From an uncultured Chthonomonadaceae bacterium (lineage in GTDB: Bacteria > Armatimonadota > Chthonomonadetes > Chthonomonadales > Chthonomonadaceae): a stretch of DNA of 11,739 bases. The notes beneath the pieces are model-generated. The model was not told the DNA's origin. It saw nothing but the letters and a program-made list of their open reading frames with translations, and ran no database searches. Shown here piece by piece: positions 1-10,411 of the stretch. Position 1 is the stretch's first letter; each line of letters starts with the position of its first letter. The stretch is from assembly GCA_963835065.1 (NCBI GenBank), contig CAWIEK010000014.1, forward strand, positions 1 through 11,739. Direction: 5' to 3'. Made by a program: the position numbers and the translations under genes.

Positions 1-10
1 ACAAACAGAG

Positions 11-51
11 CAACGCCCGCCTGCATACTTTGCAGGCGGGCGTTGTGTTTT
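11..51. terminator. Probable bidirectional intrinsic terminator hairpin
   Basis: Perfect 15-bp inverted repeat CAACGCCCGCCTGCA-tactt-TGCAGGCGGGCGTTG (11-45). Followed by TGTTTT on + and CTCTGTTTGT on -. Lies just after the stop of the minus-strand gene cluster (68). Confidence 0.75.
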
Positions 52-67
52 CAAGAGGTAGAACGCA

Positions 68-304
68 TCAATGAACTTCTTCTTGTACAATTTCCCGCAC
101 TGTCTGAAGCGGCTTTGTCGGTTCACTCTGCCCATTCGTGTGTTTCGCGCCGTTTGCATTTGCTCCGGCAAGTTCTTCCTGCGAAAGTCGGCGCTGCAAT
201 TCGGCGTCCAGTCTTTCTCCTGAGTAACCCAAGCCCGTCCGTATGAGCGCACTGTAGAGCGGCAGGCCCATGCCAACGGCTTCAAAGGCAAGGCGCTTCT
301 GCAT
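68..304 (-). CDS. Hypothetical 78-aa protein (possibly a 3' remnant of another gene)
   Basis: ATG overlaps the DUF3160 stop (TAATG at 302-306). The ORF ends 22 bp before the terminator. No family recognised. Confidence 0.45.
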   Translation of the reverse strand: MQKRLAFEAVGMGLPLYSALIRTGLGYSGERLDAELQRRLSQEELAGANANGAKHTNGQSEPTKPLQTVREIVQEEVH

Positions 305-3254
305 TAGAACAATGAGTTACTCGGCATGATCTGGAGTGACGGGATGTGGTTTGCCGCCACCAGATACGCCTGTGTCCACGACGGGCGGGGCGGGAAACGG
401 CCTGCTGCCAGGTCCGCTTTCCATTCCAAATCGGCCTTGCGGGATATGCCCGGCATTTCAAACTCGTAGTGGCTCAAAGTCGGCCCGGCAAAAATCACCT
501 GTTCCTCCCCGATGTCCATGACAATGACCAGTAAATCCACGCCTCCCACGCCCTGATGCAGTACACAGCCGGGATCCGGCGGCCACTCGGACGGAGTATC
601 GGTATGCACGTCGGCCACGAGGGGGTCCGCCTTCGCGCACTTTTCGGGACCTTCATAAAAGAGAGTGGGATACCACCCGTTGTAGGAACGCTTGGCACCG
701 CTTCCATGCGAGTCTACGATCTGCACGATGTTTTGCAGGAACTTCCTCTCCGCCTCCGTCGTTTCCGTTTGCGTTGCCTGTTTTGCAGCGATCTCTCGCA
801 ATATGCCCACCGTTGCCGCGAACTGCCGCAGAAACGCCACTTGTTTCTCCTGCATCTCCTTAACGTTGCGCTCGGGCATTGGGAAGGTGCTTTCCCATCT
901 GGTTATGTGATCTTCCAGGTCGTCCTGTGTCATCTCGATGTTGCGTTTGGGTATTGCGAACCTCTGAACTGCCGCCGGGGCGGGTGACGGTTGCGGGGTG
1001 GGTTGTGGAAACGTTGTTTGTGCCAGCAAGTCGGCAGCGCGGGAGGCCATCTTTTCCAGACGGGTCCAGAACAGCGCGTTCGGCTCCACATACCCGGCGG
1101 GATGGAAACAGACGGTGCTGACGATGTAGGATTGTTTGACATAAAGAATGGTGTCGTGGCGCAGTTGTGTCCAGGAAGCCAGTTGCGTGTTCAGGCATTT
1201 GGCGGCCCAGGCCGGTGTGCGCAACGTTTGGGGATACTCCGCGCCGGTAGTCGGAGTTGACAGGGCGCGCAGGCAGTGCAGCCACTGCGTATACAAACTG
1301 GCGTCCCACACGGATTCGTCCTGCGCGTCGAGAACAGCGCGCAGCGCGGCAAGATTGTGCTGATAAGGCAATCCATCCCGGTAAACGCGCCCTTCCTTAT
1401 CCCGCAGGCGCGTGACCAGTTCCGGCACGGCCTGATCATTGCCCAATACCGCAAAGGCCACGTCCAGGCAGGAAGGAACACGCCGCGTCACCTTTTCGCC
1501 TTCCCACAGCACCCGGTCGCAAACCGTCTGGCCCAGCGCCCAACTGTCCAGCGTGAACTTCTGCCCCATCAGCGTAAACGAGCGCGGCAACGCCACCGGA
1601 TGTGAAGTGTTGAGGTCACTTAAATAAAAATCGCTGGCTATCTGCTGATACCCATAGGTATCCTCCAGAATGATCTCTTGCAGGCGTTCCAATGCCGGCC
1701 AGCGCGTGATCTCGCCGGGGAACGGAATATCCGCCTTTTGCACAGCCGTCTCTAATTGGGCGAAGGTCATGGAATCGGTGACGCCAATGAAGATTTGCAG
1801 CAGGGTGTCGAACTGTTGCCAGGCCGCGTATTTGTCCGCGCGGCGCAATAAATCCCGCAGGATGAGAGCCGCGCCCAATTGACGTTGTGTGGTTTCGCCC
1901 GGATCGTCCCCGCCCGCCACGCGCAGGTCAATACGTCCGACCCACATCATGGCCCGGAAGTAGCGCTGCAAGGCTTCGGATTTCTCATAGTGTCCGCGCG
2001 GCTTGAACTGTGAAAAATCTACCACGCGGTCACAGCCGAAGAGGGGAAATTTCTGCATTTGTTGGGCCGCGCAGACCTGAAGGGTGGCGGCAACGCGCGG
2101 GTCCTGACCGAATTGGGAGGGAACAAGTGTGCCGCGCAGCAACGAGAGGGCCACCGCGAGATAATAATCTGCGTCCCACACGCTGGGGGTGAGAATCCCA
2201 AGCCCATACGCTTCATGTGCCGCGCGCAACTGACTGCTCATTGCGGCAAGGATGTCGTCCAGAGCGACCATCAGGCAGTTCTCTTCCAATTCCATCAGGA
2301 TGGCGTCGTAGGAATGGTGCCGGGCATGCAGCAGCGAGTCGATGGTGACGAACACGGGAAGATCGTTGTTGAAAAGGTGGTAATAAAGGTCTCCGAAACT
2401 GCCTGCTCCAGCCTCTGGGTTACCACAAAGCCATTCTCGCGCAGCAGGGTGTTTTCCTCATCATTCAGGCGAAAATCAGCGTGGATGCCGTAGTGACCGG
2501 TGAGTTGGCGATGCAGTTGGTGCAGGCGCTGCTGCCTCGCCTGGGTGAGCGCCTCCTCGTCACTCACCCTGTTTTGCTCATACTCCGAGAGATTCACTCC
2601 TTGTTCTTCATACGTCCGCTTGCGCCATGATTCCTTATGTTCAGATAGCCACTTAAGCCGTGATGCCTCCTGTTCCTCATACATCCGCTTGCGCCGTAAT
2701 GCCTCCTCATTGATCTCCTGGAGCCGGAGGGCTTCATCATCCTCAAGCCATGCCAGCAGGTCGCTCCCCGTTTCAAAACGGAGGCCGCGCGAGGCTTCCA
2801 GGCGCGGGCGCTTCCATTTATCCCACTGCGCGACAACGGTGAGCATCGGGTGTAATCCAATGTATTCTGCTAAGGCTTGCCACGCTTTGCCCCGGGGTCT
2901 TTTGCGCCGCTCCTCTTCCGCTTCCTGCGCGGCATCGAAGGTATCCCAGAGCAGGAACAGAGCATCAAGGGTTTCATCCGGCACGGACGGCCCCGGCTCG
3001 ATGGGAAGCAGTTTGTCCAGCGTTGCCGCAACCTGTTGACGGAGCATTTCCTGCGGATCATGGCGGAATATCTCCCCGAAGCGGGCGGTAGTAAGCGGGT
3101 CTCCACTCAGTCCTGTATGCAGTTGTGCGGGAGAGCCGACGTAACGCCGTTCAAACTCCTCAATCGAAATCGGCCCTATCCGGGCAAGTTCGGTCTCCAG
3201 AGCCGCGGCGTATCCGAAACTGCGAATGACCGGCGTTGCGAGTGTAGCGTCCAT
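304..3254 (-). CDS. DUF3160 domain protein, about 983 aa after repairing one frameshift at ~2408 (joins ORFs 2295..3254 and 304..2355)
   Basis: DUF3160-type motifs: ENGFVV, SFGDLYY..DLPVFVTIDSLLHA..SYD, DFSQFKPRGHY, YFRAMMW, LNTQLASWTQLRHDTILYVKQSY, GYVEP, LVADVHTD. Adding one G (CTGGA to CTGGGA; + strand cc 2408-2409) makes NGFVVTQRL-GAGSFGDLYYHLFNNDLPVFVT continuous. Confidence 0.85.
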
Positions 3255-3263
3255 GAGTAGACT

Positions 3264-4174
3264 TTATTCCTTCCCTGTTTTACCCGGCAATTGGTCGAGG
3301 ATTTGCCGCTCCTCCGCCTCAATCTTTACCTCTTCTGCCAACAGTTTTTCATCTTCTGCCAGCAATTTTTCTGTTACTTTTTTCAGGCTCCGCGCGATGA
3401 ACTCCGCGCGCGTATTGTTGTCTGCTTCGTCCCGGTTCTGTTTCGCCAGCACCAGCAACGCTACAATCAGGGCTTCGCAGGTCGCCACCAGTCCCCAATC
3501 CCCCATACTCCCGGCTGTCCGGCGGATGCGGTACAGAGCGGTTATACCCTATCCAGACGGCTATCCCGACCAGATTTGCTATAACAAACCACAGCGTTCC
3601 CATCCCCCCAACTAATTGCTGAATCTTTCGTTGAGGCCACGTCCGGCTGTCTTCGATTTGCTGCTTGACGTTGGCAAATAGATTGCCCGATGTGCGCAGG
3701 CGATGCGCCATCTCCACCAGCATGGCCTTTGTCATTTCCGGGCAGTGCTGCAGGAACGTATCGAAATGTTTTGCATGCAGTTCCCACGCCACAACGGTAT
3801 CGGTTGCCTGCGCCGTCACCGACCGTCTCCCTCCCGTCAGCAAAGCGATCTCTCCAAAGAAATCTCCCGGCCCCAAAGTACGAATAAACAGCTCCTTATT
3901 GTCAAGGTCGCGTGTGTAAAAGCGCACCGTTCCCGAACTCAATGAAGTACATCGTATCGCCTTTTGCGCCCTCCTTGCAGATTATACCGCCCGATTTATC
4001 CCCCGGTTTGAAGGAGACCTGTGTTACATAGGGCTGGATTTTCTCTCGATGCTCGGGTGTCAGCAGAGGAAACGCTTCCGCGCCCCAATTTTTGTCCGTC
4101 GCAATCTCCTGTGCCAACGCGGCCTCCTTTCTTCCCTGTTGGGATTTGCCGTCTGCTGTTCCATTCCCTATCAC
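3264..4174 (-). CDS. Cyclic-nucleotide-binding domain + DUF1003 membrane protein, about 302 aa after repairing two frameshifts (~3936 and ~3494); start uncertain
   Basis: CNB motifs: IICKEGAKGDTMYFI(E)SGTV, LGPGDFFGEIALLTGGRRSVTAQA. DUF1003-like part: GTLWFVIANLVGIAVWIGYN..GLVATCEALIVALLVLAKQNR..RAE. Removing one A at 3936-3937 and one C at 3493-3496 fuses the three ORFs. Confidence 0.8.
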
Positions 4175-4307
4175 CGGTATAAATTCCTGCTGTCATTACA
4201 TCGTTCCGTATCCGCTTGCCGAAGTCCCAAAAGTAAGCGTCCTGTATCCAACTCTGATGAATTAGAATACTGGACGCTCGTTGATGCTGGTTTGCAGGAA
4301 AGGAGCC

Positions 4308-4912
4308 GTGCCGCCGCGAAATACGCCGCATGAACGACTGCTGGAGAACCGTTTCATGCAAATTGACAATCCTGATGAGTTGCCGTACTATGTAAGAGAA
4401 GGTGTGCAACTTGTGCGGGTACGGTTTATGCCGTTGGAAGCAGGGGATGAGGCTTACATCAATGCTCAATGGCGTAATTCCGTCTTTTTCGCTGTGTGGC
4501 AGCGCCTTGCGCAACATGAAATCGCGCAGCCAACTTCTTTGAAATTGGTTGCTGATGCAGAACAGGAGAAGCCAATTTTGGGTTTGCTGCGTATTGGCGG
4601 TGGCGCCTCTATGCAGGTAACTTACGGTAAATTGAATACGCAATCGGTGCTGGAAACAGTACCGCGTTTCCGATACCAAAGCAAGGAGCGCGAGTACCGG
4701 GGCGTAGGCAAAGTGCTGGTAGCGCGATTGATTGTCGAAAGCATTTTACAGGGGCAGGGCGGTAACCTTGTTGTCTCTCCCAGACCGCAGATTATCCCCT
4801 TCTATCGGCATCTCGGCTTTCAGCAATCACGCAGAAACCCCAGATATTTCTTTATTCGCGCAGAAGCAGGCATGCTGTTGCTGCAAAGCGTTTTGGTAAG
4901 GAGTGAAGATTA

Positions 4913-4913
<1 letters not shown>
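4308..4913 (+). CDS. GNAT-family N-acetyltransferase
   Basis: Acetyl-CoA-binding motif A (EREYRGVGKVLV) and motif B (IPFYRHLGF). Likely GTG start at 4308 after AGGAAAGGAG; the ORF track starts it at 4281. Confidence 0.75.
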
Positions 4914-5864
<951 letters not shown>

Positions 5865-6052
5865 CGGTTGTCCCCTTACTCGTTCCGAGACCAGGCGCAG
5901 CGCCTCGGGGTTTCCGTCCGTTACTTGTTCTTACGCTTTCATTATCGGCAGCAATGGAATCACTTCCATACCCGGAGTTTTGGACTCCTAGCTTCTTATA
6001 CGCATCTCCTACCAGAGAATGACGCCTTTTGCGGCAGGGATGTTCGCAAAAG

Positions 6053-6082
6053 TTGACACTCCGCGCCTGTGTTGGCTACAAT
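6053..6082 (+). promoter_or_regulatory. Sigma70-type promoter of the ABC operon
   Basis: TTGACA (6053-6058), 18-bp spacer, TACAAT (6077-6082). Ends 33 bp before ATG 6116, which has a GGAG RBS. Confidence 0.75.
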
Positions 6083-6115
6083 AGCAGGAATCTTTTTTCG
6101 GTTCGCGGAGCTGCC

Positions 6116-7770
6116 ATGCCTGATGCACCTACTAACGCCCCTAAGCCTGACGCGCCACTGGATGCCGCCGGCAATTATATTGTGCAAATGGAGAACATTA
6201 CCAAGCGGTTCCCCGGCGTGGTGGCGAACCAAAACGTGCATTTGCGCGTGGTTCCCGGCACGTTTCACGCGGTCATCGGCGAAAACGGCGCGGGCAAATC
6301 CACGCTGCTCAACATTCTGTATGGCCGTTATCGCCCGGACGCGGGGCGCATTTTTGTAAACGGCGAGGAAGTCACCCACGCCCTGCGCGCGCCTGCCGAT
6401 GCGATCCGGCGCGGCATTGGTTTGGTCAGCCAGCATTACGCGCTGATACCGGCTTTGACGGTAATCGAAAACGTGATGCTTGGAGCCGAGCGCGGACTGC
6501 CCGGCGGATTGTTGCAGCCACGCAAAGCCGGGGCGCGGGCGCAGCAGCTTGCGGAACAGCTCGGATTGGCGCAGCTTGACCTGAATATGCGGGCAGAACG
6601 GCTGTCCGTCGCCGCGCAGCAAAAAGTGGAGATACTCAAGGCGCTGTACCGGGGCGCGCGCATCCTGCTGCTGGACGAGCCGACCGCAACGCTTGCCCCG
6701 CAGGAAGTCGAGTCGCTGTTCGCCCTGCTGCATACGCTGGCCGCGCAGGGTTCCACCATTCTGTTCGTCACCCACAAACTGCGCGAAGTGATGGCGCACA
6801 GCCACTGCGTCAGCGTCCTGCGCGCGGGGCAAAGCGTGGGCGATTTTGTCACGGCGCAAACGAGTGAAGCGGAACTGCTGCGAGCCATGATCGGCGCGCG
6901 CACCCATGCGGCGGTAACGCTGAATATGGAGGAAGGGAACAGGGAACAGGGAACAGAAGGAACTCAATTGGCAATCGGCAATCGGCAATCGGCAATTCCT
7001 ACTCAACACCCTTCCCCTTTGCTTCAAATCGAAAACGTGACGGTTCGGAACGCGCGGGGGGCGGAAGCCGCGCAAAGCGTGTCGCTGAATGTGGGGCGGG
7101 GCGAAATTTTGGGCATTGCGGGCGTGGACGGGAGCGGGCAACGCGAACTTTCCGAAGCGGTTGTCGGCCTGCGGCGCATGGAAGCGGGGCGCTTGTTTCT
7201 GGAGGGCGTAGACATTACCCGATCCAACGTGCGGGGCAGGCAGCAAGCCGGAATCGCGTACATTCCCGAAACCGTCACCGGGCCGGCATGATTTTGGATT
7301 TCTCGATTGCGGAAAACTATCTGCTCGGCCATGAGCGCGAACCGGCATGGGGTGGCGGCGGAACATTGGACACCAGCCTTTTGCTGTCGCGCGCCCGGAC
7401 AATGGTGGAGCGTTACGACGTGCGCGGCGGCACACGGGGAGGGCAGGCTCCGGGCGGCGCGCTGTCGGGCGGCAATCAGCAGAAAGTGGTGTTTGCCCGC
7501 GCTATGGATTCCGGCCCGCGCCTGCTTGTGGCCTGTCAGCCGACGCGCGGTTTGGATGTGGAAGCGGCCCGTTTCGTTTACAAAACGCTGGAACGCGCCA
7601 AAGCGGACGGGTTAGGCGTCCTGCTGTTTTCACTGGACTTAGACGAAGTGCTGCGCCTGTCGGATCGCATCGCCGTGATGTTCAACGGGCGTATCGCGGG
7701 CGTCCTGCCCCGCGCCGAAGCCACGCCGGAGCGTATCGGCGCGTTAATGACAGGAGCCGCGTATGAATAG
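6116..7770 (+). CDS. Nucleoside/simple-sugar (CUT2, NupA/YufO-like) ABC transporter ATPase with two NBDs, about 551 aa after repairing a frameshift at ~7270
   Basis: Walker A GENGAGKST, LSVAAQQKVEI, LLLDEPT, second NBD GIAGVDGSGQ, LSGGNQQK, QPTRGLD. Adding one G (GAA[G]ACCGT) restores the conserved YIPEDRHRAGMILD and joins ORFs 6029..7291 and 7288..7770. Confidence 0.92.
6934..6997 (+). repeat. Two adjacent heptamer tandem repeats inside the ATPase linker
   Basis: (AGGGAAC)x3 at 6934-6954 and (GGCAATC)x3+GGCAATT at 6970-6997. Confidence 0.9.
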
Positions 7771-8941
7771 CCGCATTGCGCAATCGGGCGGGTGGGCGCG
7801 TCCCCTCCTGAGTATTGTGGCGGGACTGGCGCTGGCTGCCATTTTGATGCGGTTGTCCGGCTATGATGTGCGGGCGGCTTATGGCGCGTTGTGGAGCGGC
7901 GCGACGGGGCTGGAAGCGGGACATGCGCGGGGCGGAAGCCAGTTCGGGTTGGGCGCGCTGCCTTACCATGTCAACCTGTACCAACTGGCGCAATCCCTGT
8001 CGCGGGTCACGCCTTTATTGCTGGCGGGGCTGGCGATTGCGCTTGCGCTGCGGGCGGGATTGTTCAACATCGGGGCGCAGGGACAAATGACGGTCGGGGC
8101 ATTGGCGGCGGCGGTTGTGGGCGAGTGGGGCGCGGGGAGTGGCAAAGCGGGCGCGAGTGGCGCATTGCCGCCGTTCGTCCATATACCCCTTGTGCTGCTG
8201 GCGGGCGCGGCTGCGGGCGGATTGTGGGGAGCCTTGCCTGGCCTGCTGAAAGCGTACCGGGGCGTCCATGAAGTGATTGCGACGATCATGCTCAATTACC
8301 TGGGCCTGAACATCGTCACATACCTGGTCACGCACAACTTCAAGGATGTGAAGAGTCAGGCTACGCAGACGCCGCAGATTGCCCGTTCTGCGATGCTGTC
8401 GCCCTGGGTTACGGGCAGCAATTTGACCGTTGGTTTTGTGATTGCGTTAATTCTTGCCGTTGCAATCACGTTTCTGATAAAGCGGATGAGTCTGGGGTAT
8501 CAGATACGGGCGGTCGGCATGGGCGCGGAAGCGGCGCGGGCGGCGGGTATTCCGGTTGCCCGCGTGTTGATTACAACGATGTCGCTGTCGGGGGCGCTTG
8601 CCGGCATTGCGGGCGCGATTGAAGTGATGGGCATCCACCATCGTTACGTGCAGGGCGTGGCGGGCAATTACGGCTTTGATGGCATCGCGGTTGCCCTTCT
8701 TGGCGGGTTGGGCGGGTTGGCCGTCACCCTGAGCGCATTTTTCTTTGGCTTACTCGCGTCCGGCGCGGATTACATGCAGACCCTGACGAACGTGCCCGAT
8801 TCGGTAGCCGTGATCGTGCAGGCATTGGTGATTTTGTTTGTCGGCGTTCGGCTGATGCGGGGCGAAAAGCGCGAAGCCGCCCCCATTGCGCCAACCCCGC
8901 CTGCGCAGGAAGGATCTGCCACGCAACATGCCCCCCTCTAA
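7763..8941 (+). CDS. Nucleoside/simple-sugar ABC permease 1 (NupB/YufP-like, BPD_transp_2)
   Basis: Hydrophobic, with GLFNIGAQGQ, GVHEVIATIMLNY, GYQIRAVG and GFDGIAVALLG motifs. Overlaps the ATPase stop. Confidence 0.92.
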   Translation: MNSRIAQSGGWARPLLSIVAGLALAAILMRLSGYDVRAAYGALWSGATGLEAGHARGGSQFGLGALPYHVNLYQLAQSLSRVTPLLLAGLAIALALRAGLFNIGAQGQMTVGALAAAVVGEWGAGSGKAGASGALPPFVHIPLVLLAGAAAGGLWGALPGLLKAYRGVHEVIATIMLNYLGLNIVTYLVTHNFKDVKSQATQTPQIARSAMLSPWVTGSNLTVGFVIALILAVAITFLIKRMSLGYQIRAVGMGAEAARAAGIPVARVLITTMSLSGALAGIAGAIEVMGIHHRYVQGVAGNYGFDGIAVALLGGLGGLAVTLSAFFFGLLASGADYMQTLTNVPDSVAVIVQALVILFVGVRLMRGEKREAAPIAPTPPAQEGSATQHAPL

Positions 8942-9821
8942 CGTGATTGCCGCTTTTGTTTCCGCCACGCTGTTCAGCGCCACGCCGCTTGTGCTGGCCG
9001 CGATGGGCGGCATCCTGTCCGAACGGGCGGGCGTGGTCAACATCGCTTTGGAAGGCTTGATTTTAACGGGCGCGTTCGTGGGCGTGGTTGCGGAACAAAG
9101 CGCGCATAATTTGGGCGCGGGCGCGGCGAGTTTCGGATTGGCGGCAGCGGTGCTGGCGGGCGGCTTGCTCGGCCTGCTCCACGCCCTGCTGACCCAAAAA
9201 CTGCGCATGAACCACGTGGTCAGCGGCCTGGGCATCAACCTGCTGGCGGCGGGCGCGACCCGGTATTTGAGCCTGCGCCTGTTTCCGTCCGGCCTCCACG
9301 TTGCGGGCTTGTCGGGCAATTTGTTCCTCGGCCTGGCGATTGTCCTGCCGTTTGCGGTCTACTGGCTGCTGACGCGCACCACGTTCGGGCTGCGATTACG
9401 CGCGGTCGGCGAAAACCCGGAAAGCGCGCGCATGGCGGGGATTTCTCCCGCGCCGCCCCGCTATTTTGCGGTCACATTGTCGGGGATGCTGGCGGGATTG
9501 GCGGGCGCGTACCTGTCGCAGGCCGAGTCGCACAACTTTTCCAGCAACATGTCGGCGGGCCGGGGGTACATCGCGCTTGCCGCCGTGATCTTCGGCAAGT
9601 GGACGCCGCAGGGAGCCGCCCTCGGCGCGCTGTTTTTCGGCTTCTGCTACGCCCTGCAAACGCAGCTTCAAATAATGGGCAAGCACATCGTCTTTTTGGG
9701 AATTGAGTGGACAAGCCCCTACCTGCTTGACGGCCTGCCCTATCTAATGACCCTCGCCGCCCTCGTCAGCGTGGTAGGCCGCGCCACCCCTCCCGCCGCG
9801 CTAGGTAACGAAGACGCCTGA
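8928..9821 (+). CDS. Nucleoside/simple-sugar ABC permease 2 (NupC/YufQ-like)
   Basis: SERAGVVNIALEG, GLRLRAVGENP, AGRGYIALAAVIFGKW, LPYLMTL, PAALG. ATG at 8928 preferred over the track start at 8886. Confidence 0.92.
   Translation: MPPSNVIAAFVSATLFSATPLVLAAMGGILSERAGVVNIALEGLILTGAFVGVVAEQSAHNLGAGAASFGLAAAVLAGGLLGLLHALLTQKLRMNHVVSGLGINLLAAGATRYLSLRLFPSGLHVAGLSGNLFLGLAIVLPFAVYWLLTRTTFGLRLRAVGENPESARMAGISPAPPRYFAVTLSGMLAGLAGAYLSQAESHNFSSNMSAGRGYIALAAVIFGKWTPQGAALGALFFGFCYALQTQLQIMGKHIVFLGIEWTSPYLLDGLPYLMTLAALVSVVGRATPPAALGNEDA
9762..9821 (+). repeat. Direct repeat copy 1: 3' end of permease 2
   Basis: 52/60 identical to 10241-10300 by manual alignment. Confidence 0.95.
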
Positions 9822-10240
9822 ACTTATTCCTGTTGAAAATTGTTTAAGGCCCCGTATATCTATAAGTTCCCGAACCAGTGAGAAGTCCGACCTTTGCTAC
9901 GTGGAAGTGGGGAACCGTTAGGGAAAAATAGCATGTAGAAAAAAGAGTATGTAGAGGCATCGTCGAAATCTTGGCAATACAGCGCTTCCAGCCCGATGTC
10001 TCGTTGTGTCAAATTGTGGGGGGTGAGGCGTCGTGACCTCGTAAGCGTCAGGGCGAACGGGAGGGGTGAAACATAGCTTTGCACCTCCTTTGCTGTATAG
10101 TAGACACTTGTGCTATTTAGACAGTCTATGTGGGGTAAAAGGTTCACTGTTTTTGCGTTATTTTGATCTTTTTTCTGTTTTCTTTTTATAAACCCTGTGT
10201 ATTCTGTTAAATCGCCTGCTTTATTTGCTGGAAAGGTCGC

Positions 10241-10300
10241 CTTGTCAGCGTCGTAGGCCGCGCCACTCCTCCCGCCGCATTAGGCAACGAAGACGCTTAA
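10241..10300 (+). repeat. Direct repeat copy 2: displaced 3' end of permease 2 (LVSVVGRATPPAALGNEDA*)
   Basis: Encodes the identical 19 aa plus stop; 8 nucleotide differences from copy 1. Confidence 0.95.
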
Positions 10301-10362
10301 CCCTGACTGGTTTATTCTATTTCTGACACAGCTTTGGAAACATCCCTCTTTTGTTTGTTGTC

Positions 10363-10381
10363 ACCGTGTCCACGGTATAAT
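10363..10381 (+). promoter_or_regulatory. Palindromic operator-like site abutting a TATAAT -10 box
   Basis: ACCGTG-tc-CACGGT (10363-10376) overlaps TATAAT (10376-10381). Upstream of the AAGGAAGG RBS and GTG at 10412. No clean -35 at 17 bp. Confidence 0.5.
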
Positions 10382-10411
10382 ATAAATAACAAACTAAGGA
10401 AGGTGTAAATT

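Noticed and set aside
4254..4400. CTGATGA motifs (4254, 4372) suggesting a hammerhead ribozyme
   Set aside because: No stem II closed by CGAAA and no compatible stems I/III; the second copy is inside a coding region.
3996..4679. 227-aa minus-strand ORF
   Set aside because: Antisense to the GNAT gene and out of frame over the cNMP gene start; no recognisable features.
5996..7435. 479-aa minus-strand ORF, and similar antisense or alternate-frame ORFs over the ABC and DUF3160 genes
   Set aside because: Shadow ORFs of GC-rich coding sequence that fully overlap well-supported genes and have no motifs.
9762..10300. The repeat pair as a CRISPR array, IS target duplication or DGR template/variable repeat
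   Set aside because: There are only two 60-bp copies, and no cas, transposase or reverse transcriptase gene in the window. The differences follow codon degeneracy rather than being adenine-specific.
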